Below the pieces are notes generated by a model that was not told where the DNA came from, ran no database searches, and was given only the letters and a program-made list of their open reading frames with translations. A DNA stretch of 64,000 nt, taken from positions 124,001 to 188,000 of the forward strand of contig NIVC01000482.1 of assembly GCA_002269645.1 (NCBI GenBank), given 5' to 3'. Made by a program: the position numbers and the translations under genes. This DNA comes from Macrostomum lignano (Eukaryota). Numbering within the stretch: the first letter of the stretch is position 1; every line of letters starts with the position of its first letter. Positions 15,165 through 26,700 of the stretch are shown piece by piece.

Positions 15165-15821
15165 ATGCCCGAACAGAGCTGCGACTATCGAGTAGCCGTG
15201 TTCGGTTCCGCCGGAGTCGGCAAGTCCTCCCTGGTGCAACGGTTTATTCGCGGCACATTCAAGGAGGCCTACACGCCTACAGTTGAGGACACGTACCGCC
15301 AGGTTATTAGCAATGATAAACAGGTGTGTACGCTGCAGATCACGGACACAACCGGTTCGCACCAGTTCCCGGCAATGATGCGACTCAGCATGAGCAAGGG
15401 TCACGCGTTTGTCCTCGTGTACTCGGTGACCGCTCGGGCCAGCCTGATCGAGCTGAATACAGTGGTCACTGAGCTGCGCGAGATCAAAGGCGCCGACATT
15501 GCCAGCACGCCGGTGATGCTGGTGGCAAATAAGTGCGACGAACCGGCCAGCAGCCGGGAGGTGAGCCGCGACGCCGGAGCTGCCGTGGCCGCCAGATGGA
15601 ACTGCGGCTTCATTGAGACGTCGGCCAAGGAGAACGTGAACGTCAGCGAAGCCTTCGTCCAGCTTCTGCGCATGGACAAGGAGCGCGACATGGCGCTGCT
15701 GTGTGAGGCCGCCTGGCAGCAGCCCTTAGCAACATCAGGCGCTTCGTCCGGTGGAGGCCGCGGCAGCGGTAGCGGCTCAACAAATCGCAGATCGGGCAGT
15801 CGAAAGTGCGCCCTCATGTAG
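15165..15821 (+). CDS. DIRAS: Di-Ras family small GTPase, single coding exon, 218 aa
   Basis: Starts [15 protein letters not shown]1 GSAGVGKS, effector [10 protein letters not shown]3 [11 protein letters not shown] (DTTG is typical of Di-Ras), G4 NKCD, G5 ETSAK, C-terminal CAAX CALM. True ATG placed at 15165, downstream of a ttttcag acceptor. Confidence 0.92.
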   Translation: MPEQSCDYRVAVFGSAGVGKSSLVQRFIRGTFKEAYTPTVEDTYRQVISNDKQVCTLQITDTTGSHQFPAMMRLSMSKGHAFVLVYSVTARASLIELNTVVTELREIKGADIASTPVMLVANKCDEPASSREVSRDAGAAVAARWNCGFIETSAKENVNVSEAFVQLLRMDKERDMALLCEAAWQQPLATSGASSGGGRGSGSGSTNRRSGSRKCALM

Positions 15822-16560
15822 CAGAAAAGCATTCATTGCCCTACTCTGCATGTGTGTATGATATTGTGTTGTGTTTTCCACTGAGCGTGACACGGTCAGA
15901 CAAGACATCTCTTCATCTCTTCAGCTCTTGTCTTACTTACTCTTCTTAGACTAGCGTTCGTAGAAAGCAAAAATTTCCTGCTTGCGAAAGCGAATTGCGA
16001 ACGTGCCGTTTCCAGAATGCGAGCCAATACTCGGGTCACGTGCTTGTTCAAAAGATGTGTCGATTAGTTGTTTACCAGATTTGTATATAACTATATATTT
16101 TTGTTGAATTGCGACCCTGTAACTACGGCAACTTTGGAAAAAATTCCCACGATAAATTGAGAGAGGGCACTCTAGCTTGTTTGTTGAGCTGGTTGTTGCG
16201 ATTCTACATGTAATACTTCAGTAAAAACTTAATAAATCATCTATTTTTAATCCTCCAGAAGTCGTAGAGCATCTCTGTGTCATGACACAGAAATATAACT
16301 AACTATAATTTTGCCTAAAGGCTACTAAAGGCTTCTAAATTTTTTAAGACCATCTATAGTGATCAATTCACCTAATGGGCCGTATGCAGAAAGCTTAGTC
16401 CCGGGACTGGGTAGTTCAGTATATGGTTTTGAAATCGGTATGCACAAAACCAAGTCGAGACCAATCTAGGCAGGCTAGACCGAACGCCGAACTTAGACGA
16501 CATTTTTAAAGGATTCCCGCTGTCTATGGTCCAAACTGATACATTTCTTGAAGAGGAAGA

Positions 16561-18134
16561 GCAATAGCACTGATTACATGGAGCAGTTGCCAAATTCGTC
16601 CGGAAATCGGATAGCAATAGCACCGATTACATGGAGCAGTTGCCAAATTCGTCCGGAAATCGGATAGCAATAGCACCGATTACATGGAGCAGTTGCCAAA
16701 TTCGTCCGGAAATCGGATAGCAATAGCACTGATTACATGGAGCAGTTGCCAAATTCGTCCGGAAATCGGATAGCAATAGCACCGATTACATGGAGCAGTT
16801 GACAAATTCGTCCGGAAATCGGATAGCAATAGCACCGATTACATGGAGCAGTTGCCAAATTCGTCCGGAAATCGGATAGCAATAGCACCGATTACATGGA
16901 GCAGTTGACAAATTCGTCCGGAAATCGGATAGCAATAGCACCGATTACATGGAGCAGTTGCCAAATTCGTCCGGAAATCGGATAGCAATAGCACCGATTA
17001 CATGGAGCAGTTGCCAAATTCGTCCGGAAATCGGATAGCAATAGCACTGATTACATGGAGCAGTTGCCAAATTCGTCCGGAAATCGGATAGCAATAGCAC
17101 CGATTACATGGAGCAGTTGCCAAATTCGTCCGGAAATCGGATAGCAATAGCACCGATTACATGGAGCAGTTGACAAATTCGTCCGGAAATCGGATAGCAA
17201 TAGCACCGATTACATGGAGCAGTTGCCAAATTCGTCCGGAAATCGGATAGCAATAGCACCGATTACATGGAGCAGTTGCCAAATTCGTCCGGAAATCGGA
17301 TAGCAATAGCACTGATTACATGGAGCAGTTGCCAAATTCGTCCGGAAATCGGATAGCAATAGCACCGATTACATGGAGCAGTTGACAAATTCGTCCGGAA
17401 ATCGGATAGCAATAGCACCGATTACATGGAGCAGTTGCCAAATTCGTCCGGAAATCGGATAGCAATAGCACCGATTACATGGAGCAGTTGACAAATTCGT
17501 CCGGAAATCGGATAGCAATAGCACCGATTACATGGAGCAGTTGCCAAATTCGTCCGGAAATCGGATAGCAATAGCACCGATTACATGGAGCAGTTGCCAA
17601 ATTCGTCCGGAAATCGGATAGCAATAGCACTGATTACATGGAGCAGTTGCCAAATTCGTCCGGAAATCGGATAGCAATAGCACCGATTACATGGAGCAGT
17701 TGCCAAATTCGTCCGGAAATCGGATAGCAATAGCACTGATTACATGGAGCAGTTGCCAAATTCGTCCGGAAATCGGATAGCAATAGCACCGATTACATGG
17801 AGCAGTTGCCAAATTCGTCCGGAAATCGGATAGCAATAGCACCGATTACATGGAGCAGTTGACAAATTCGTCCGGAAATCGGATAGCAATAGACCGATTA
17901 CATGGAGCAGTTGACAAATTCGTCCGGAAATCGGATAGCAATAGACCGATTACATGGAGCAGTTGACAAATTCGTCCGGAAATCGGATAGCAATAGCACC
18001 GATTACATGGAGCAGTTGCCAAATTCGTCCGGAAATCGGATAGCAATAGACCGATTACATGGAGCAGTTGACAAATTCGTCCGGAAATCGGATAGCAATA
18101 GCACCGATTACATGGAGCAGTTGACAAATTTCGT
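16561..18134. repeat. 53-bp tandem satellite, about 30 copies (GCAATAGCACCGATTACATGGAGCAGTTGCCAAATTCGTCCGGAAATCGGATA)
   Basis: Head-to-tail units with a few recurring variants (C/T, C/A, 1-bp deletion) and no unique spacers. Confidence 0.97.
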
Positions 18135-18974
18135 GAAACCCCATTGAGATGCGTGCCCGCTCGATGCTTGCGGATGGAAGGCTGATGTTACCCAGTGGTA
18201 AATACAATCCTCTGATTCAATGCCACTTCCCAGTAAATCGGGACAGAGTGGTTCTGGTTGATCCCTCCGAGAGCAGCCAGGTTCTGCTGAAAGCTGCCAG
18301 TACCAAGTTGCTCTCTCAAGGTCGGTCTGGAGCGTATTATTACGGATACAGTGTGTATAGTTGCATATCATTGAGGATTTAACAATGACATGAATGATGT
18401 GATTGCTGTAAGTAGCTGACTTAATTTGGCTGTTTTGACAGCAGTTGTGCGGATGTACAAGCTAACCAAAAGTTAAGCCAAGAATCCGGCTTATTGACGA
18501 AACAAGAATGCAGCAATACTCATGCAGTTCTATGCAGACACACAATGGCACAAAACAGTATTGTAGCATCCAAGTAGCAAATTTCTTAGTCTCTGCCTAT
18601 TGGCCTGACTATGAATGACGAGACAGCTAAATAGAACTATTCAATGCATGCAGAAGGGTCAATGCAGATTGAATGTTTATTATTCATCATTTCTGATAAG
18701 CTTGTAGCTATAGGCCTATTTTTGTCCTGGCAAAACGTCAAAATACGCATGTACACCTGTATATCAAGTGCAATATATGGAAGGACTACTCAAGTTTCTT
18801 GGAAAGTATTAGAAGACAGGTTTTACCGAAAAAAAATACATCAGGAAGAATAGTTTTTCATTTCTACAGCACACAATTTCTCATTGCTTTTGATAGGAAG
18901 CCGAACATATTTTTTGATATGACGCGCCTTTCTTATATCTCTATTGAAACTCGAGCTTTTTGTTTAGAAAAACG

Positions 18975-19915
18975 CAACAACAACAACAAAATACGCGGCC
19001 CCGCATGTCAGGTCGCTGCATGTCAGGTGGCAGAGCATGAAAGCGGACGAAGTCCGCCCCGTTTTTAATTGGCAGTGTCGGGCGCCCAGCGAGGCATGGG
19101 AGGCAGTCCACGTATCGACGGGTTTGGGCCTGACCCCACCTGAACGGGCCCTGCAAGGTGAGCAGCAGAATGTCCTGAAAAGGTTGGGGGGCAGTATAGC
19201 CCTCAACCCGAATAACGTGGACCGCCAGTTGAATTAGCCGCCGGGGCAGGATGATGGAGGAGCGCTACAGCTTGGCCTGATCGTACAGTGTCCCGGTCCC
19301 AACGCTCTCGTTAGCTCCATGCAAAGGCCGCACGGAGCAGGTCTGAGTGCGCCGAATCCAACTGCCGCTCCAGCGTAGCAGTCAGCGTCAACGTCTCGGA
19401 GTTGTATAGCTGGACTGCTTCGACCACCGACTGCCACAGCCGAGCCCTCCGGCGGTTGGGCAGTGCTTCGGAGTGGAGCTAGGACAGCTCGGATCGAACG
19501 GAATGCCGCCCAGGCAAGTCCTCTGCGCCGCCGGAGGTCTTCGTCCACGTGAGACACCAGACCGCTGGTAAGATAAACCGCTGGCAGCGTGCGAGCGTGG
19601 TCGTCTGCCCGCCTGCGCCTCAGCCTGTGCGCTGGGATGTCGGCCAGCACAGTTCAGCCTGTTGACAACCATGCAGCTAGACGCTCGATGCCACCTCGAC
19701 CAGCCTGTCGATCTGGCGCTGGACGCGCCTTCAACGGACGAGAACAGGAGGGGGAGGTCGTCGGTGTAGCCACCCCGCACGCTCAGGCGCATTTTCGCAG
19801 TGGCGGCGACCGATGCGTCTGCGAAGCAGAAAGCCGTCGTCACCCGAGGGGGGAGTGTGGTCCGAAGCACCCTGCAGTGATCAGGAGCAGCGAGGAACGG
19901 CACTAGCAGCATGTC
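18975..19915 (-). mobile_element. Decayed, 5'-truncated non-LTR retrotransposon (RT C-terminal part, RTE-like)
   Basis: Minus-strand frames give YTDDLPLL (a variant of the RT YADD motif) and YLTSGLVSHVDEDLRRRRGLAWAAFRSI, typical of the post-RT region of LINEs. Frameshifted, with a short (TGT)n-like tail near 18975-18990. Clade assignment is uncertain. Confidence 0.75.
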
Positions 19916-20788
19916 GTCGAATAAAAAATTAAATATAGAATCCCACTTTTTAACGAAAAACTTTATCAGCAGAGCTATAAGAAAGGCACAAAAAATGGAA
20001 CAGTCTCTGCCTCCCCTATCGAATTAAGCAACTTTTTCTGTGCTGAAAAATTGAAAACTTCCTATCTCCATAGTGCAATTTTTCGGAATACCCTGCCTCC
20101 TAAAATTTCCAAGAAACGAGGTTACCCATCTTTCTACTTGAGTAGTCCTAGGAATTTACTGGTAGTTTTTCTATTATTTTCTATAATAGAAGTAGGTTCT
20201 ATTTGCATGTACAGTGTAATTCGAGTAGTCCTGAGTCTACATGTATGTGCGTGATCATTATTATGTTAAAGAAGGCTGCATGTACATTATAAATTTAGAT
20301 TTCATGAACATTGTGAGATTAACGAAATCCAACACACAATATGTACATGTACTCGTACATTTCGCTACAAAAAGAAACACATGAAAGAAAATTAAGTTCC
20401 GTTTAACTACACTGCATCTGTTTAATGCAATTATTAGCGCCATTGAAAGAATGGTTTTGCCATGGAACACGCGGCCGAGCGAAGCCAAGGTTTTACTGGA
20501 TAAACCACGTGAAAAATCCGCAGGAGTTTGTATTTAAATTATTGGTTGGACCTTAAAGTTAAGTTTTTACAACAGATGCAATAATTTTTAAACCCTTTCT
20601 GGCAGTGCAATGGATCATAAGTAAGTTACATCTTTTTGTTATAATAACCACTTTTCGTGTTGCATCGACGCCATTTAGATTCTTGGAAAGTTTATTGTTA
20701 GCGCGTTTTATAAAGGTTTTTTTCGCTTCTAAGTTAGTAACAACTTTCTTTCGTTATAGCTTAACCAGTTAAAATTGTCAATAGGAAG

Positions 20789-23700
20789 ATGCATTTATAC
20801 AACTTAACACTACAGCGTGCGTCAATTATAACGCACGCCATCAATGGAAACTTTTCAGGAACAAAAAACCAAGAAATTATTCTGGCAAAAGGAAAGATTA
20901 TTGAGCTTTTGCGACCAGATCCTAATACTGGCAAAGTTTTTGTCATTCTACAAACAGAGGTTTTTGGTGTAATTCGATCCCTCATGCCATTTAGGCTCAC
21001 TGGTGGAAGCAAAGGTAATTTTTTAATATTTGAGTCCTTAGTTGTTGCACTGTCTTGACTTAAAGCTTTTGTTTTGTAAAGTTTTTTACATTGACTTGAG
21101 TAATAGTTTAATTTCAAAAATCTGGATTTACTTTCTAGCATTCTGTTGGTAAAAATGTGCTTTTGAAATAATTTTTAAATTTCTTCCTAGTTTTAATTTT
21201 ATGCCTAATAATTTATAAATTATATAATAATCTCATTCCCAAAATATGAAAATACTCTGATTTAAAATTAACATACAAAAAGCAAACTGGCATGTATGCA
21301 CAACCCTCCTGATGGCATTAAAACTAGCAATTACAATATATAAACCTTTTATAAGAGTTTTTTTTAAAAAGTTTAATATTTTTATTTTAATAGTAAAATT
21401 AAAACAATAAAAATATAAAATAAGTATTTGATGATAAAAAAATCGAGTTGCTCAGTTCAAATAAGACTTGTAGAATTTAAAATTTGTTTTATTTTTTATA
21501 GACAAAAGTTTAGTTTTTAAATTCTTAACTTAAAAATTTTTGAATAAAATATAAGCCCTAGGTATGTCAATAAACCACAGGGCTTACAATTACATAGTTA
21601 TTTTTGTGCTAGTTCATTTTTTCATTGGTTTTTAGTAAAGGCTTATACCATATATTTCTATTTTTTAATGTTTTCTAATTTTTAATGAGCTATTATTTTT
21701 ATTCTTTAAAATTTTAATATCTAATTCTATGATTATGAATTTAAATATTAGGTCTAATGCTTGAACTTTTTTCTTGTAGTCTAAAAGATAGCTTTTATAT
21801 TAGAAAATTTTAGCCTTTTTTAGCCCTTATTAAGAACCTTGATACCATAGTCAGGATGATGTACATTACGCCAGAAATTTCCAGCATACAATTGAAAATT
21901 TTACTTTTTTTGGCATACAATTGGTGTAAAAAATGAGGCAAAATATATTTGGCGTACCTTTTGGCGTGACGCTGTGGCGTAAATACACCAAGCAGCGTAC
22001 GCCAACTCCAACCTTCACACCAAAGTTAATATTAACAATTGTTGGCATAATGCCGTAACCTTAGAATCTTATTATAAAATCATAAAAACCGTAAAACTTG
22101 TAAGATGAAAGTTCAAAACTATTCGTGATTTATAAAAATGTAAAATTCCACACAAACTAATTGTGTTAATTTTCTAAAAAAAATTAAACAAAAAATTGAT
22201 TTTTGTTGGCATTATCTGTAAGCCAATTTACTTTAAATGAAAACCACACATTTGTTAAATTTTTATTGTTAAAAATGTGTAACACACAAAAAATGTAATT
22301 TATTGTTGCAAAGCCTAGAAAACCTAGCGTAAGTTCCTAGGACCTTGGCGTATGTTTTAGTATGAAGTGGCATAGATTTTTTTAGGGGACTTTTTATTCC
22401 GGCATATCCCATGACATGATCCTGACTATGGCCTTGATATAAATAAATAAATAGATAAATAGAAAGATTCTAGAGACAGACTTTTAGCATTCATATGCTT
22501 ACAAAAAGCTTAGAGGGGCAGGACATAGCATTAAGAAAGGTGAGGTAGATAGCCTAAAGGTCACTAGCAAAGGTCTTTAGAAGTATCTCAGTGTGTGCAT
22601 GTCCATGACAATATTGGTTGCATGATGGATTGAGCATGATGGTAGCAAGAGAAGTTGCTATCTGTATTTTGAGTATAGAGGTCACTTAGTAAGATATTAA
22701 AGCAAGCAGTGAGTGTGTAGTTTGATAGCCTTTTAGGATAGCAAAAGTTGAGAGCAAATTGCAACAAAGCTCTGAATGTGGCATTGAGAGCCTAGTTGCA
22801 AGATTCTATGACCATCAGAGCTTTGAGACCATAGAGAAAAATTAGTTCCATAGCAGCTTGGCAAATCCTGATCTTAAGTTGGTTAGGCATAGGCAAACTA
22901 AAGATAGAGCTCAGTTGCCAAGCAGCTCTCCAGGCTTGTGCATGGTAGTTGATGATGATGTTGTCCAAAGAGAGACCACTAGCAAGCCAAGGTAGTGGAA
23001 ATCCAAGCAGTAAAAGATTTTGTCACCATTTGGGAAGGTGAGAGCAAGTAGGTTGCTGATACCAATGTTAATGCTTCTCACAAGACGTATAGTCTTGCAG
23101 GCATTCACCTTGGTATATATTAGTCATATGGAATATGCAATCTATATATATAGAATTTTCAAGTCCAACATTGGCATATAGTTTGTGTACAAATCTAGGG
23201 CTCCAAACTTAGGTTTGTTAATTCTAGGTTTATTTTTTTGTATAATAGGGATGTTATATCATCCTGACTTTCAAAGTCATATCCTTAGATTAGACCTTGG
23301 GTGCAATTTCATATCCTATCACTAGCAAAATCACAGGCTAACAAAGAGCTAATAAAGATAAAGGTAAATATGAAAGGTATTGCCTATGAAGCTTACTGAC
23401 AAATTTTAGAGTTGAACTATGTTTTCAATATATGATTTACTTAAAAGCAGATAGGGCCTACCATTATTGTAATTTTGATTCTTATAATCTTATTAAACTA
23501 AAAAGTTACACTTAAAAACTGCCATAGACCTCTAAGTCTAACTTTGAACCCTAGAAAAAAGATTTTAAAGCTTGTCTAAGAACTGTAACTGTGATTTATT
23601 GAGTGGCCAATATTACTAAAATGCGAAATATGCATTCCTGTAACCATATCTGTAACTATGACAACATTTTAAGTTACAATAACTTATTTTTGTGTTGACA

Positions 23701-26700
23701 AATTGCTAGTCTTACTACAAGCAACTCGCCTCGCTCACACCCAAACGCAGACTTCATAGTGGTTGGCTCAGACTCCGGTCGGATCGTCATCCTGGAGTAC
23801 AATCCCACTAGGAATCAGTTCGAGAAGCTGCACCAGGAGACATTTGGCAAGAGCGGCTGCCGCAGAATCGTGCCCGGCCAGTACCTGGCCGTGGATCCGA
23901 AGGGTCGCGCCGTTATGATTGGCGCTATTGAGAAGCAGAAGCTGGTGTACATTCTTAATAGAGACTCGCAGGCCAGGCTGACCATCTCCAGTCCACTGGA
24001 GGCTTTTAAGTCTCACACGCTTGTCTACCACATGGTTGGTGAGTGACTCAAAGGTTTACTGTGGCGAGCCCTAATGTATCTTAAAAAATTCTCATCTATC
24101 CCACAATCCCTCAGTCCCAGAATCCCCAGTCCCAGAATCCCTCAGTCCCAGAATCCCCAGTCCCAGAATCCCTCAGTCCCAGAATCCCTCAGTCCCAGAG
24201 TCCCTCAGTCCCAGAATCCCTCAGTCCCAGAGTCCCTCAGTCCCAGAATTCTTTAGTCCCAAAATCCCCAGTCCCAGAATCCCCCAGCCCCACAATCCCC
24301 AGTCCCAGAATCCCCAGCCCCACAATCCCCAGTCCCAGAATCCCCCAGCCCCACAATCCCCAGCCCCAGAATCCCCCAGTCCTACAATCCCCAGTCCCAG
24401 GATCCCCCAGTCCTACAATCCCCAGTCCCAGAATCCCCCAGCCCCACAATCCCCAGCCCCAGAATCCCCAGTCCTACAATCCCCAGTCCCAGGATCCCCA
24501 GTCCTACAATCCCCAGTCCCAGAATCCCCCAGTCCTACAATCCCCAGTCCCAGAATCCCCCAGTCCTACAATCCCCAGTCCCAGAATCCCCCAGCCCCAC
24601 AATCCCCAGCCCCAGAATCCCCCAGCCCTACAATCCCCAGTCCCAGAATCCCCCAGCCCCACAATCCCCAGCCCCAGAATCCCCCAGCCCTACAATCCCC
24701 AGTCCCAGAATCCCCCAGTCCTACAATCCCCAGTCCCAGAATCCCCCAGTCCAACAATCCCCAGTCCCAGAATCCCCCAGTCCTTCAATCCCCAGTCCCA
24801 GAATCCCCCAGTCCTACAATCCCCAGTCCCAGAATCCCCAGTCCTACAATCCCCAGTCCTACAATCCCCAGTCCCAGAATCCCCAGTCCTACAATCCCCA
24901 GTCCCAGAATCCCCCAGTCCAACAATCCCCAGTCCCAGAATCCCCCAGTCCTTCAATCCCCAGCCCCACAATCCCCAGCCCCAGAATCCCCCAGTCCTAC
25001 AATCCCCAGTCCCAGGATCCCCCAGTCCTACAATCCCCAGTCCCAGAATCCCCCAGCCCCACAATCCCCAGCCCCAGAATCCCCCAGTCCTACAATCCCC
25101 AGTCCCAGGATCCCCCAGTCCTACAATCCCCAGTCCCAGAATCCCCCAGTCCTACAATCCCCAGTCCCAGAATCCCCCAGTCCTACAATCCCCAGTCCCA
25201 GAATCCCCCAGCCCCACAATCCCCAGCCCCAGAATCCCCCAGCCCTACAATCCCCAGTCCCAGAATCCCCCAGCCCCACAATCCCCAGCCCCAGAATCCC
25301 CCAGCCCTACAATCCCCAGTCCCAGAATCCCCCAGTCCCAGAATCCCCCAGTCCAACAATCCCCAGTCCCAGAATCCCCCAGTCCTTCAATCCCCAGTCC
25401 AGAATCCCCCAGTCCTACAATCCCCAGTCCCAGAATCCCCCAGTCCTACAATCCCCAGTCCTACAATCCCCAGTCCTACAATCCCCAGTCCCAGAATCCC
25501 CCAGTCCTACATCCCCAGTCCCAGAATCCCCCAGTCCAACAATCCCCAGTCCCAGAATCCCCCAGTCCTTCAATCCCCAGTCCCAGAATCCCGCAGTCCA
25601 CAATCGCACAGTCCTTTACCCCCGCCGACCCTCAGGCATGGACGTGGGCTACGAGAATCCGATGTTCGCCTGCATCGAGATGGACTTCGAAGAGGCCGAC
25701 ACGGACACTAGCGGAGAGGCAGCTCAGAAGGCGCTGCAGCACCTGACCTACTACGAACTGGACCTCGGCCTCAACCACGTGGTCCGCAAGTACTCGGAGC
25801 CGTTGGAGGAGCACGCCAACTTCCTCATCTGCGTGCCCGGCGGCCAAGAAGGCCCCAGCGGCCTGCTAGTCTGCTCGGAAAACTACATCACCTATAAGCA
25901 CTCTGGCGACCAGCCCGATATTCGAATCCCGTTGCCTAGGCGACGCAACGATTTGGACGATCCCGATAGGTCTGTCATGCTGGTGTGCGCCGCTTCTCAC
26001 AAGACTAAAACCATGTTCTTCTTTCTGGTGCAGACTGAGCAGGTAAAGCCATTTGCTTTCAGGTTTTGGTTCTTCCCTTTACTCACCTCTCCCTCTCGCC
26101 TGCCCCTCCGCCCATCGTACACTGACTTTCGCCTTCTCTCCGTTTCCTCCCTCGTCTTCTCCCCGTCTCCCCTCTCGCCTTCTCCCCGTCTCCCTCTCGT
26201 CTTCTCCCCGTCTCCCTCTCGCCTTCTCCCGTCTCCTCCATCGCCTTCTCTCCGTCTCACCCCGCCTTCTCTCCGTTTCCTCCCTCGCCTTCTCCCCGTC
26301 TCCCCTCTCGCCTTCTCCCCGTCTCCCTCTCGCCTTCTCCCCGTCTCCTCCATCGCCTTCTCTCCGTCTCACCCCGCCTTCTCTCCGTTTCCTCCCTCGC
26401 CTTCTCCCGTCTCCCCTCTCGCCTTCTCCCCGTCTCCTCTCGTCTTCTCCCCGTCTCCCTCTCGTCTTCTCCCGTCTCCCTCTCGTCTTCTCCCCGTCTC
26501 CCTCTCGTCTTCTCCCCGTCTCCCTCTCGTCTTCTCCCCGTCTCCCTCTCGTCTTCTCCCCGTCTCCCTCTGTCTTCTCCCCGTCTCCCTCTCGTCTTCT
26601 CCCCGTCTCCCTCTCGTCTTCTCCCCGTCTCCCTCTCGTCTTCCCCGTCTCCCCTCTTGTCTTCTCCCGTCTCCCTCTCGTCTTCTCCCCGTCTCCCTCT

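Noticed and set aside
16561-18134. CRISPR-like array
   Set aside because: Units are contiguous with no unique spacers, there are no cas genes, and the context is eukaryotic.
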